Source of the DNA: Asterias rubens
Lineage: Eukaryota
Reading direction: 5' to 3'
NCBI RefSeq assembly: GCF_902459465.1
Contig: NC_047072.1
Coordinates: forward strand, 13,578,001 to 13,642,000
DNA: 64,000 bases
The position numbers and the translations under genes are program-made. Below are positions 1 to 12,907 of the stretch, piece by piece. Under the pieces are notes generated by a model. That model saw only the letters and a list, made by a program, of their open reading frames with translations. It searched no databases and was not told the origin of the DNA. Each line of letters begins with the position of its first letter. The first letter of the stretch is position 1.

Positions 1-762
1 GGTATATGACGTCAGTGATGAACAAGGAGTAAAACTGTAATACAAGAATAGAAAAACTATAATGACTACATGTTGTAACGAATGGCTAAAAGAATGCTGA
101 AGCTAAAATGCAATAATACACAGAACTAGACCTCACACAAATGGAAAATTGGGCGTGACCCGTGCAGTAAAAACCCACATGCATATCCCCTTAACCAGAA
201 ACGATATGTAAGCTAAATGTATACACAAATCCCATGAATTAACGAGGCCTAAATACCCACAAAAACACCCTTTGAAGTCCAAAAACAAGGCAAGGAAAGC
301 TATAAACTTACAGGCAATGCTTCTCGTAGGCGTTATCTGAGAAGGCAGTAGATTGGGATGGATTAAACTAGTCACAAAGTGTGAAAATGTCGGAACAAAC
401 TTTTGACGGAAAATTGATAAAACGTGATTCGTTGAATGAAAGAACTTGTTGCCAATAGAGGGCGCAATTTAAAAAACGGATAGATGGATCCAGAATAGGC
501 ATGTTTGTAAGTAATTGGCACCCAATGAGTACAGAAGCCATCCACCGTTGGCAGCTGCACTCTTGTCTAGATGCTGAACAGGCCTTGACAAGTAGCTGAA
601 AAGATGTCTTATAGATGTATGTAGTATGGGTACAGAGGGATTCAAAAGTCAAACAAGGTTTCTGTTAAAATAGAAAATACAGGTCTGAATTTCACCATGA
701 TGACTAAATCTAATCATAATCTAATCAACATGATACTCTTGATTCATTTTAGTTCGCTTCAG

Positions 763-1498
763 GAGGAACACAGGGTTAATGGAAGGCCCTCTACCAGCTC
801 TAATGAATATAACTGAGACACAAGAGATGATTGAATCGACTGTGGCTAGTCTAAATGACAAATCCTCAGCCGATGAATGCGGTGATCACAACATGCAGAA
901 AGACAACACTCAAGAATCACCAAATGGTAAGCCATCTCAAAACAATCGGTTATTTGCGAAGTGGTGTCTTTCCTTGCTTTCCACCTCTAGGACCCTGGTT
1001 TGAATCCTACATGGGGCACTATGTGGATTTGGTTTTCAGTCCCTGTCTGATTGCTGGGGTTTTCCCTGGGATAATTCTCTGGGGTTTTCCTCCCACATCT
1101 TAAAGCGGAAACTTCCTTCCTTGTCTTCTTTCAATGAGGTTCTCAGCTAAGTACGGTGAAAATGTTCATATCCTGAGAATCTTGGGGTCACAACCAGAAT
1201 GAATAAATAAATAAATAATAAATCAAATCTTGTGGAACCAACTTGAAACTTTCATCCAACTGTCAGAATTCTCCCTCAACAGCTGCCCAAATGGCAGTTA
1301 CAAAACCTGAGGTTCCAGTCACAATTCGTTCCAAGTGATCCGCCTGGCTAGTTAAGTGGTAAAAAGAATCCCTATTTAATGCAAAGTATAAACTAGAGAA
1401 AAAGGTAATGGACTTGTGAAATGACAAGCAACCTGGTCCTGCTAGCTAGTCAATGATATAAGTTCCTGGCAAGCCCATCAACAGCATACTCCCATACA

Positions 1499-1530
<32 letters not shown>

Positions 1531-2290
1531 GGGTATTTATATAGCGCCACTACGTCAAGAACGCAGCGCATTAGATAGGATATAGAGAATGTTTGATACA
1601 CTTCTTAAATGTTCGAAGAGAGTCGGATTTCCTGATTGAGGAGGAGAGTGCATTCCAGGTGTGTGAAGCAAAATGTGAGAATGTGCGACTTGAGGCCGAC
1701 TGAAGAAGCTTGATTGAGTTAGGTTCCATGAGGCGAGTAGTGTCGGATGCTGAGCGTAGACTTGAGCGCCCAGGCCGATGGAGAGACAGGCAAGAGGATA
1801 AATAGCCAGGAGCTGTGTTGTATTGATTCACCATGCTATATTTTTAAATGATACTTCACCATGCAATATCCGTGATTTGTTTTGGTAATTGTTTGTTCCT
1901 GCATTAGGTATCCCATCAACATCTTCAGCGCCAGCAGCCCTGTCTCATAATAAAGACATAAAGCAGCGTCCTATGAAGCGGAGAGCTACATCACCAACTG
2001 GAACCATTGACGAATACCGCAAGAGGAAACTGACCATCATGATCAAGGAGCACATCGTCAAAATGGAGCTCATGAAAGCTCAGACAGACTACTACAAGAC
2101 CAAGACTGACTTCATGCGCCAGCAGACTTGCCCCCGCCCAATGAGCGTACCACAAAAAGTACAGCATCAAAACATACCCAAGAACATACTGCCAACAAAT
2201 ATGTCCCCAAATATGTCCCAAAATATGTCCCAAAATATGTCCCAAAATATGTCCCAAAATTTACCCCAGAAGTTACCAGGAAACACATGA
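763..2290 (+). CDS. Last two coding exons of an unidentified gene that starts before or near the window start; low-complexity C-terminus with a short predicted coiled coil and NMSQ repeats
   Basis: Putative exons 763-926 (cttcag| ... AATG|gtaag) and 1908-2290 (cattag|GT..., stop TGA) join in phase (G+GT = Gly). Exon 2 encodes RKRKLTIMIKEHIVKMELMKAQTDYYKTK, reminiscent of the C-terminal coiled coil of Myb/SANT-like (Harbinger ORF2-type) proteins (inference only). Upstream exons were not found. Confidence 0.45.
950..1220 (+). mobile_element. tRNA-derived SINE fragment with (AATA)n tail
   Basis: B-box-like GGTTTGAATCC at about 998-1008, a GGGGTTTTCCTCCCAC core and an AATA tail at about 1201-1220. 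Confidence 0.5.
1495..1835 (-). mobile_element. 3' end of an L2/CR1-type LINE with (TATG)n tail
   Basis: The minus-strand ORF encodes LRS...RTFSHFASHTWNALSSSIRKSDSLRTFKKCIKHSLY, typical of the RT C-terminal tail of L2/CR1 LINEs. It is followed by GCGCTATATAAAT and a (TATG)n tail, seen as (TACA)n at about 1495-1528 on +. Confidence 0.8.
2198..2269 (+). repeat. In-frame 12-nt tandem repeat (AATATGTCCCAA) encoding NMSP-(NMSQ)4-NLPQ
   Basis: Read directly at 2198-2269; period 12 nt. Confidence 0.9.
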
Positions 2291-2863
2291 GTCTTTCTCA
2301 ACATACTTTTACAAATGGGCCAATCTAAGCACATAAAATTGCTAAGTAGAACAGTTTGCTTATAAGGTTTTGTTTTAGGGAACCAGCCAATTTCTCATTT
2401 GAGTTACACACACTTTGGCTTGTTTCTTCACCTTAAAGGCACATATTGTCAGCACATGATGATATATTCCAATGTTTCCATTGTCTTAACCACTATAGAC
2501 ACCGGTCAGCTCATTAGCCATAAGACACCGAGTCATAAGCTAAACCAAGATGCACATCCTAAGGGGGTGGGACATTGGTTTGGTTAGAAAGGGCAGGACA
2601 AAACTCTGCCAGCATCTTTTGTGTACAAAACCAGTCTGTTAGTTGTCTTTCAATTGTCAATGGAAGATGAACCTAATGATAGAAATTAATAATTTAAGTA
2701 AACAAAATTAACTTAAATTTGCCCAGGCAATACATGGCCAGGTAAACAACACACTCGGATAAAGAATTCATTGAAAATAAATGCAAAACAAACCCTTTTA
2801 AGCTACGGAAAATAACTTGTCACCATGTGCTGACAACGTAGCAGAGTTACGTTTGTCCCAATG

Positions 2864-3203
2864 AGCCATTTGCGTGTTATATTTGAATATTTTCTGGTAC
2901 AATGACTTGCCTGATCACAAGCTACCACTTAAATTCGAATTCCGCAGACTATCGAGACAGTTGCTAAGACACGTGATTTGGGGCAAGCTTTTGCTTAGTT
3001 ATGTAAGTGACAGTGAACACCCCCTCACAATTTATGGATGTCACCAGGATTTGCTCATCTGGAGGTTGTTATTCAAAAGCTTGCCACGAACCATGTGACA
3101 TAGCAACTGTCTCTGTAGTCTGAGGAATTCAAATTCGAGTGGTACATTGTGACAAAGAAAGTCATTGTACCAGACATTATTCAAATCTAACTCGCAAATG
3201 GCT
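2864..3203. mobile_element. Palindromic MITE (TIR AGCCATTTGCG...), second copy at 23612-23945 in opposite orientation
   Basis: Long imperfect inverted arms (about 2864-2990 versus 3075-3203); diverged homologous copy in a HECT intron. Confidence 0.75.
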
Positions 3204-3735
3204 TAGTCTCATTTGAGGGTTTTAAGCATTCCAGCTTGAAACATTTGCTAAATTAACTTTTTATTTTGTGGCCTCATGGAGTTTGATTTTTTATCAACAC
3301 TACATCTAACTTATCTTGACAAATTTGATGGGGAAAGTTTTTTTTCATGAAATTCATTCAATGATATGAGAAATGAACTTTTGTATCTTATCTATATACA
3401 CCTGTTAGTCGTGCCAAATGGGATCAAGTCAACTAAAAGTGAGTATTTTATATGTGGCTTTGTGTAAAAAATTTCATTACAGGTTGTTGCAGTTAAGGTA
3501 CAAGAAGTGTGTCAAATATGCAATTGTTTCTTTCATCCCAATTTAATTTGTTTATAGTCTTATACTGTTGTCATTTTAAAAATGTAACCGCAAAGTTATT
3601 TTAAATTTAGATGATAATATAAATGTGATACCTTCCCATGACATTTTAAATAATTTTGTGATTGTTTGTTGTTTTAACATGTGATACTAATTGTTTGTTA
3701 TCATCGTTAGCATTTATATTCCTTGTGTGTATCTG

Positions 3736-4017
3736 GGCCCAATTTCATAGCGCTGCTTAGCGGCCGATTTTGGTGCTTACTGTGCGATTTCCTTTTCATA
3801 GCGCTGCTAATCGTAAGCACAAGAAAAGGCATGCTAACCTTCCGGTGCTTACTGCACGAAAATAAATGACGCCACAACGCAAATCCATGGTGAACGCACA
3901 ATATGGTCGGCTTATTTTTCTGCTAACCTGTGAAATATGCTTGCACCTTAGTAAATTTTTCTGCTACAGTAAGCATGAAAATTTGCTTAACGTTAAGCAG
4001 CGCTATGAAATTGGGCC
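3736..4017. mobile_element. PIF/Harbinger-like MITE (TIR GGCCCAATTTCATAG, 3-bp CWG TSD)
   Basis: CTG|GGCCCAATTTC ... GAAATTGGGCC|CTG. Related full or partial copies at about 5590-5757, 6220-6410 (CAG/CAG TSD), 7498-8056, 21035-21243, 34260-34467, 38693-38870, 39600-39880, 56270-56457 and 62298-62521. The superfamily is assigned from the 3-bp TSD (inference). Confidence 0.8.
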
Positions 4018-4663
4018 CTGGTAGGCAGCTACAACGTTTTTTTTGTCATAAATGATTGTACATGTTTCTGTCATTGAATTGCAAGAATGATTTGCTTTGT
4101 AAAAAGAGGGTTTAGCCTAGGGGGTCTTCCTATTTGTCCTGGGTTGTTGACCTTTATCATACTGTCACCATCTTAGTCATGTTCCTTGTACCCAACACCA
4201 GCAATGAATACTAAAATTTATTGTATACAAAGAAACCCGACTGTTTTTCCTTCCAGCCTTGGTTTGGTTACATTGATATGAATGGGAGAAAATCAAGATG
4301 GCCACACCATGATAAAGGTCTGACATGGCTTAAGAGTGGGGTAGGTCTTAAACTTGACTCTTCACGGGTCAAAGCAACCATCCCATTGTAAAGAGCCAAA
4401 CCAAAATGGTTGAATATTTTAAAAGGGTACTTTGGCAATCCCACTTGCACAGATGCAAGGGACTTGCTTTAAGATGGTGTTAACAGTGAAGTTTCACATT
4501 GAGTGTGCTAGCCTAATGATCTTTAAGCATTTTTCATTTTTCCACAGTGTTTTGTCAACTGCTAAATCTGCTAACCTAACCACAGTTTAGTAAACTGCAT
4601 ATTATGGCCATGAACCAAACTGGTGGCTACTGCTATGACTGTTGAAATTTAGATTTTTGGGAA

Positions 4664-4819
4664 ATACGCCTCTCTTAATATTTATGCATGAGGTACGCAC
4701 AATGCTAATTCAAAACGAGGCGATGGGCGCAGCCACTGCAAGTGATGGGGGACGTGCGCCCATAGCCTCATTTTGGGTAAGAATTATGACGTCATGCATA
4801 AATATTAAGAGAGGCGTAT
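4664..4819. mobile_element. Hairpin MITE-like element
   Basis: ATACGCCTCTCTTAATATTTATGCATG ... CATGCATAAATATTAAGAGAGGCGTAT; near-perfect inverted arms. Confidence 0.7.
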
Positions 4820-6912
4820 ATACTATCCTGACATTAGTCCAATTTCAATGATTAAATCTGATGGTTTTGACACATTATCATAATGAACAATAATTCTTTA
4901 AAAATATCTGGTTACTAAAAGCAAGTCAAAAACATTTTAAATATGGCTGCAAAACAGGAACGAATAACGATAAACACTAAATCCTATCTTTAGTAAAAAA
5001 TTGTGTAAATAATAAAGCAAACCTTTTGTACCAAATGCACACAATTGTAACAAAAGAACAGACAAGTAATGGCTAAAAACAAAAACAGTATTCATGCTTA
5101 CAAAAAGGAATGTACATTCTTGTAAATACATTTTTTAGCTTAGAGAGTTTTTGAAGTTGGAAGAAACATTTGCCAAGCAGACATGAATCTTAGTCCTTCA
5201 TGGACGCAATACAATATCTTTGTTGCCTGTTGGCATTATGATTAACATACAGGGCTTTGCACAGAGTACAAATGTGCGATTTAAGCTTTCCATAAATTGT
5301 TTTTATAATTGCCACCTGAAAACAACCAATCAACTGGAGTTGTTTTTATAGTATTGTTTAAAGTAACACGTTGCCTTGGATCGGACGAGTTGGTCAAAAC
5401 AAAAGCGTTTGTAACCGTTTTTTATATAATGCATATGGTTGGAAAGATGTTTTAAAAGTAGAATACAATGATCCACACAAGTTTGCTTCGACATTGTGTG
5501 GTTTTTCTTCTACTGTGCGAACTAACACGGTCGGCCATTTATGGGAGTCAAAATTTTGACCCCCATAAATGGCCGACGTGTTAGTCGAGGAGGTAAAAGG
5601 AAAGCTGCTTATGGAGCTGCTTAAATGCAGAAAATATTGCTAGAAAATGTCTGCTTAGCATGAGCTGGTAGTTTAGCTGGTAGCCTCATTCTTGTAAGCA
5701 TTATTTTGTTGCAATTAACTACTTTTTGTGCTTTAAGCAGCTCTATGAAATCGGGCCCAGCTGTCAAAAGTGCCCCACAAGTAGGTTTAATATAAGTATT
5801 AAAAAAAAAAATTGTAATATTGTAGCTGTTTCTCTTTATGTCCTTAAATACAGTAAATGCACAAGTTTTCTAGATCGATGTCTGATAGTTTCATCCAAAC
5901 TAATAATGATTTCTTTTCTTTTTTCAACAAAAAAAGGAAATAACTTCAGAGGTTGAATTTAAATGCTTTGTATATTACTGGGTCCTAGCTATACCTGCAC
6001 TGTTTAATTTATATTTTATTATAATGCAGGAATTTTTGAAGGTTATGCTTATGTACAAAGAACAACCAAGTTCTAAGAGATGAGGGCGAATTATCCACAG
6101 CAATGCAGTGTATTATCATTGCAGGCATGATGCTTCACTCTTGCAAGGGCACCTCAATGTGGGAAATGTACGTTTCTACTGGAACACAAAGGGCGAAGGG
6201 GCACCATGGCAATGACCAGGCCCCAATTTCATAGAGTTGCTTAAGCATAACGATTTGTTTAGGACAACACAATTGTGCTTACCAGAATAGTGTTACCCGC
6301 TAAAATACCATGTCATATGAACAAAATGTAGCTGGTATCCTGCTTAGTTTTGCTAAGCAGAAAAATGGTATGCAATATTTTCTGCTTAAGCAGCTTTATG
6401 AAATTGGGCCCAGAAGCATGGCAGTCGCCTCCATGAAGTGTCAGGCCTTCCATTGTTAAAAGGTACTGGAGAATGATAAGGTTAATTTGTGGCACCTGCT
6501 ATTTAGAAACTGTCTCAATACACAACTCAGAATATACACAAATCACTCCAGTAATTTCTTTTTTTTTTTTAGCATAAATGTTTTTGTTCAGTGTTTTAAT
6601 TGACTGTCACTGATTGCTATGTGTTGGTTATAAGCAATAGACAAGCAAATAAAACAAGCTAATATTAAATTAAATATTTAACGTTTCTTTTCATTGATTC
6701 ATTCAGGAATTCTCTGCAATTAAACACATACAATTATACAAAACAGTCATTTTTTAACGAACAAACTTATAAAAACAATTGTAAAACCTTAACAATAAGA
6801 CAAAATAAAGCTGAAATTACCTACATACAGGTACTACATTTAGTTTAAAATGTTGCCCTGGTAAACAAAAAAGGGAATTATTTCCTTGGGACTTTTAGCA
6901 CTCTTTCTTTAA

Positions 6913-7310
6913 GTGTCGTGGCCGAAAGGTTAAGAGAACCAAATTCAAACTCTGGTGTTTCTGATCAGCAAAGTGTGGGTTCAAATCCCCATCCGTGACA
7001 CTTGTATCCTTAAGCAAGACACTTAACCATTGCTTCGTCCTTCGGATGGGACGTAAGCTGTTGGTCCCATGTGTTGTGTAAATGCATGTAAAAGAACCCA
7101 CTGCACTTTAATAAAAAAGAGAAGGGGTTCGCCCCGGTGTTCCTGGCTGGATTGGCAGCATATTGCACCACAGCACCTTGTAAATCATTACATTGTGCTA
7201 AGGATTATGTCTTATATGTCAAACGTAGTCCCACTCCTTGCAGTAATAATACCTGGCGCTTTGTATCCTTTGGCAAAAGGCACGTTATAAATACGGGTAT
7301 TATTATAACT
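6913..7310 (+). mobile_element. tRNA-derived SINE with conserved core and L2-like tail
   Basis: A-box TGGCCGAAAGGT, B-box GGTTCAAATCC and core TCCTTAAGCAAGACACTTAACC; homologous to 61147-61564 (-). Confidence 0.85.
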
Positions 7311-7640
7311 ATTATGGAAGAATTCAATAAATCATACAGTGAAAAGCAATTCCAAAATCTACAGATTTGTATCAGAAATTGTGGAAATAAAAACTAGCTC
7401 AATGCAATGATTTTCCTTGCTGCAATCGTCGATAGAACCAGTCTGTGTGAAGTGAGTGTGGCTTACAGTGGAACTACGTCACACTTACAAACAGCTGGGC
7501 CCAACTCCATAGAGGTGCTTTAAAAGTAAAAAAAATTGCTTAACAATATTCTGCTAAGCAGAAATTAGCAGGATACCAGTCACAACATTGTACATGCGAC
7601 ATGGTACTTTTGCTGGTACCCTTATTCTGGTAAAAATAAT

Positions 7641-8026
7641 TTAAAGACACTGGACACTATTGGTATTTGTCAAAGACCAGTCTTCTCACTTGCTGTATCT
7701 CAACATATGCATAAAATAACAAACCTGTGAAAATTTGAGCTCAATCGGTCATCGAAGTTGCGAGATAATAATGAAAGAAAAAACACCCTTGTCACACGAA
7801 GTTGTGTGCTTTCAGATGCTTGATTGCGAGACCTCAAATTCTAAATCTGAGGTCTAGAAATCAAATTCGTGGAAAATTGCTTCTTTCTCGAAAACTACTC
7901 TATTTCAGAGGGAGTCGTTTCTCACAATGTTTTATACTACCAACCTCTCCATATTACTCATTACCAAGTAAGGTTTTATGCTAATAATTATGTTGAGTAA
8001 TTACCAATAGTGTCCACTGCCTTTAA
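7641..8026. mobile_element. Kolobok-like MITE family 1 (TTAA TSD, AG...CT termini), nested inside a GGCCC MITE
   Basis: TTAA|AGACACTGGACACTATTGGT ... ACCAATAGTGTCCACTGCCT|TTAA; about 380 bp with internal hairpin GATTTCGAGACCTC/GAGGTCTCGAAATC. Confidence 0.85.
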
Positions 8027-8140
8027 TGGTGCTTACGCAGTCATTGAAATTGGGCCCAGGATAGAGACAGGTTAGTCCACTTCTTCCACTTCTTAATCAA
8101 AATTTGCACCTTGAAGAAAAACTATTTACATGTAGAGATG

Positions 8141-11100
8141 TCATGTTTGTGCATTGTTGACCGGGAAATCTATCCTTTCATATTGTTGTACTGTGATATC
8201 TAAATGTTCCGCAAGCTCAGTGGGATTGGAGTAAAGAGATGGTACCACCGTCAGCTCTGGAATCCCTTTTTCCCTTGTGCTGAATTCACGTAGTATGTAA
8301 CTCTCCCCAGCCTGCAAAGATCAATTATTTTAACTCAGTTTTTGGCAGATTTTGTTCTACACTTTCAGTTTCTTACCTTCGTTTGTTAACTTAATATTAA
8401 TAACAATATTAACACTTTACTTAGAGTGCAAATATCTACGGATCACAGTATGTATTTGCCATCTCGGGGTTTATTGTCTTGTATTTTGTTTTGTACTGTT
8501 ATGGCAAATAAAATAACAACAATAATAAATAATAATAATAATCCAAGTAGCTAGGTCTTATTATCCCTGTTTATCAGGCATGCTTTAAGACCAATCCTCA
8601 CTACATTCTTAACTCCTTTGGGAGCATACAATCCCAAACTGCTTTTATCAGCCTCAGGACACTGTTACCCAACAAAATACTACCTCAACCATCACAGTAT
8701 CCCATTTATACACCTGCAGCCGATTTCACAAAATGCTAGGATTAATCCTATCTCGAGTTAGGACGAGAGACCCGTTCTAACTTGTAGGATGGGTTCAATG
8801 CGTCCTACGTCTTTGGATACGGAACTTCACTCGTCCTAAGTCCTTAGATCAATCCTAAGTTAGGAAGAGTTTGGTGAAATCGACGGCTGGATTAATAGTA
8901 GTGTTTATGGTTTTTGGTCAATGACACGAGTGTCATCACTGGGAATTGTACCCGCACACCAATAATTCAGCAACCAGGACTAGAGTCAAATGCGCAAGAC
9001 TGATAGGCCATAACGCACCACAAAAACCAACTGACGAACAGTGACTTCTGAAATTGATATGCAGCTAGGAAATACACTTCTCAGAAAACTAACCAAAATC
9101 TACAAGTAGCAATTACAAATTTATATGTACAATAAATCATTCTCACCAAAAAGTTTTTAATTTCAAATCATAAGAAAGCTGGAAACAAAATGGTTTTACC
9201 TCATGAAAGATTCTTGTGTCGTTGATTCTTACAAGAACATCATCCACCCGTAGAAAAAATCTCAACAGAACGAAGAAACACGACTGCATGACTCGCTGTG
9301 GAACAACAATTCAAACAATGAAAGTAAGTAGCATACAAGGGAGGGGGTGGCAAGATCTCAGTCAAAATGTGAAGTTTGGAGCATTATTCAAAGTTAAGTA
9401 TTAGTTAAAAGCCAGAAGAGAAACTGACGGTGTAAATTTTAAATAATTTTTAATTGAAGAAAGCAAAAATTACAAGTTGGTGATTTGAACCAACGACCCC
9501 CGGATTAATGTGTCGGTGCTGTACTTACTGAGCTATCTAGCCCTATAATGGCAATCTCCATATTTTGTTATATTTATCTGTGTTAGTGGGTAAGCTTATA
9601 AGTGGGCTCCAGTCAGAAGCAATACCCCCTTTAACTGCTGTGCAGCCAGCGATCACAACCAAATTTACATTAATAATCTGGGAATGGGATGCAATTTGTA
9701 TTAAACTACAATGGAAACTGCCAAGGTACATTTAAAAATCGGGGTTGCGCAATTTCATTATTTCTGAAACTTAAAACAATACAACATTCAATAAGGGTGG
9801 TCCACAGCCTTATACAAGGCGCCCGGAAGAGGCAATTTTTCCAGTGCATCATGGAAAAGGGTTGAGAAGTTTGTAGGTGCACTGCAGCACCTGCAGCAGG
9901 AGCCTGATTGGGTTTGCAAAGCAGCAACCAGCAAGGATTCTTTTGTCTGTGTTTACGGCAATGATGGTATTGTTTGTGTGAGAAGTGACATTTGTTTTAG
10001 AGAATCTTACCATTTTAACAATAAGTGATGCACTCCCATTATCTGCAAGCTCATCTTCAAACAGCGTCATCTCCTCATAAAAATGGATCTTTTCCCGTAC
10101 CTTCAGCTTCTCCATGTCTATCTTTTGCTCCGATTGTGAAACCTGCATCGTACATATGAAGAATAAAGAAAAATTAGATGATCCATGACAGAATTGTGTT
10201 AATGTGGCATTTGTAACAATTCCCCAAACTTTTTAAATCAAATTAAAATGCCTAAATTTTAGACTGAAGATATTTGCGACTCCATTTGATTCACCTTTAT
10301 CAGGTACATGGTAATGTCTTAAAGCAGTATTGAATAGAGCAGTTGGTTTGCCAGGCAGAACAAGGCAAGTGCAAGCTCAAGTTAAAACAAATTTCATATA
10401 AAATATGAATAATATGTTCCAGCTGAATGGGCCAGCTATGTTCAGACTTGCAGGCCTGAAATTTTATCTTTGAGTAGGGTAAGGCCAATTTCATTTTGCA
10501 ACGGGCACTGTCATTGAACAATCTTAAAGTCTATGAAACTTTTGAAGGGTCACCAAGGCGTAGAACAGGGGCAGCAGAGGCCACGGCCTCACTGACCAGC
10601 ATGTTATTCCACGCCTGGATTTGTATTCAAGTCAGGATGATCATAGATAGCACTGTGTGATATTACTTAATTTCATTACATATCCAAACAGTGTAAGCGC
10701 CAATAACATAATGATTTAAAAAAGATGATGCAGAAATGTTCAGTTTTTATATGTAGGAGGAGAACCACAAACAAGGAAACCCTTGCTATCAGGGTGATGC
10801 TGGAAACCCAATCCACTACGAGCTGTGGTCTGAGGAGGTGAACAGCAGAGAAATAAACCACTGAGCCATTCCCTAATCATCTCTCTAGAAATACAACCAA
10901 GTTTGAAAGTAGTCAAAGACAAGATAACACTGATCAGCATGATTTTGATACACATAAAAGATTTAGACGGCAAATTATTATTAAAAAAAACCTTGATGAG
11001 ACAGAGTTTATGTTGATGAACAGTACCTGAAGGTTTCCAAGTAGAGTTCCCTTGTAGTCTGTTGTATACGTCCAATCAAAGGGCTTCACAACTTTGTTGA

Positions 11101-11928
11101 TGAATTCACAATCACTCCTACAGATAAACAAATCAAAATGTAACACTTAATTCGTGATAAATAAGAGCACCGAACTCAAGCTCTGGGGCTTCTGTTCAGC
11201 AGAGTGTGGCTTTGAATCCCGGTCGTGACACTTGTGTCCATGAGCACGACACTTAACGATAATTGCTTCTCTACACCCAGGGGTAAATGGGTACCTGTGA
11301 GGGCAGAGATGGTTCTTGTAATTGGTTTAGCCGAGTAGCGCATATATTGCGCACAGGCTGTGTACTCCCCAGGGAGCTGAGATGGTTGAAGGAATGATTT
11401 AATGCCCAATGACCAGGGGTTATAATGTCAAAAGCACTTTGAGACACCCCTCGGTCGTGAAAAGCGCTATATAAAAACGGGTTATTATTAATATTATAAA
11501 ACTTTACCTAAACCTTTTCAAGCAACAAAAGCACCTCTTTATTTATTTGAAACTGGTTCAAGATTCTACTTTGGTTTCTTTCACCTAACCCTAGCCTCTT
11601 CTACACATCCCCTCATCCATCAACCCCCCTCCACTCTAAACATAATAGCCACATTTTGATGTCAACACTGTACCTTGCCTCTTGCCACTTCTGTGCTGCA
11701 GCAACCTTGATGGGGTCATTGTGAGCATCAACTTGTTTCATGGAGTCAAATGCATTGAACTCGATACCAAACCCCTGAGAATTCTCAATCTTTAGCACAT
11801 TGTCCCCAAACACCATCTCTGGTAGTTGGGGCAGTTCCAGCTCCTGATGGTACCTAAAAAGCAGAAAACAATCAAGGAAATTAAAAATATTTAATTAACT
11901 CCATAAATAACCTTATTATAACCTTATA

Positions 11929-11966
<38 letters not shown>

Positions 11967-12907
11967 ATAACCTGACTTCCAAAGCTTCATTCCAGGTGCA
12001 GGCCTTGTACTTGGTGATGGTGTCAGCGCAATAAACCTGTTAGAGCATATGTTGTGTGCCAGGCAATCTCAAGCTATAGTTTTTGCCTCTCTGTTGTATA
12101 GATTTTTGCACTTCTCGTCTTTTTTATTTTTTATTGTATTTAAATGTTGTCATTGTATTTAAATATTTTTAGTATTTTTATGTATGTTGTTGCTTAGGTT
12201 CTTGGCGTTAGGGTGAGGTGCTGGTAACCTCTCTATTTAATCATGGTTTGCTCCTGGTGATTTTGTTCAGTTTAAATTTTATACCCTTTTTGTGGTGTTT
12301 AGACTGCCTTTTCTTTATTTAGTGTTGTTTTTAAAATATTGTATTTTAGTGGAAAGCGCCTTGAGGCCTGGCATAAGGCGCTATATGAATACCCTTTTAT
12401 TATTATTAATAGTTGGGCCGTCCAAACTGTAACATACTGAATGGACCCAGTCCCAACTTTTGTTGGAGTCATTCTACATTTGGTGCAGAACAGCTTTTTC
12501 ACGAGTCCATATCTAATGATGTTTATTACACAACACCTAAAAGATCTGCCTGCCATCTGAAGGACAAAGCACTTATGCTGATTTTTTTTGTGTATAAAAC
12601 ACAAGTGTCAAGACCAGGACTCGAACCCACACTCTGCTGATCAGAACTGGTGTGCTAGACCACTCAGCCACGACACGCTCCAAACTTCCAGTAATAAACA
12701 ACTTTTTTGACTATCAAATTAAATTATTGATCTGAATCCTACACTGAACCAGAGTAATGTCACAGTCCCAGAATTAGTGTTTTAAAACAATTACCTCTCA
12801 AGCTGATCAGACTTCAGAATGTGCCCCTTAACTGATGTGATCGTCCATGGACCAAAATTAAAAGTCTCTGTTTTAGGAGATCGCAATGATGCAGCAACCC
12901 CGGACAT
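8141..12907 (-). CDS. TIPRL: TIP41-like protein (PP2A-family phosphatase regulator), 6 coding exons, 260 aa
   Basis: Exons (minus): 12907-12795, 11853-11674, 11117-11027, 10142-10011, 9295-9200, 8311-8141; 783 nt, all GT-AG and phase-consistent. Motifs [37 protein letters not shown] and [12 protein letters not shown] match the TIP41 family. An acceptor at about 12933 implies an upstream non-coding exon. Confidence 0.96.
8717..8889. mobile_element. Short MITE (TIR CAGC..CGATTTCAC), second copy at 25495-25661
   Basis: Two homologous copies with inverted termini and CTG flanks. Confidence 0.7.
11161..11495 (+). mobile_element. tRNA-derived SINE (second subfamily) with L2-like GCGCTATATAAA tail, in a TIPRL intron
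   Basis: Head AAGAGCACCGAACTCAAGCTCTGG...GAATCCCGGTCGTGACAC, core CACCCAGGGGTAAATGGGTACCTGTGAGGG, tail AAAGCGCTATATAAAA. Related fragments at about 12600-12680 (-), 29005-29085, 30565-30720, 38960-39190 and 49250-49345. Confidence 0.8.

Noticed and set aside
6913-6990. tRNA genes (here and at other A-box/B-box hits)
   Set aside because: The A and B boxes are followed by SINE core and LINE-like tails, no complete cloverleaf is evident, and the copies are multiple and diverged.
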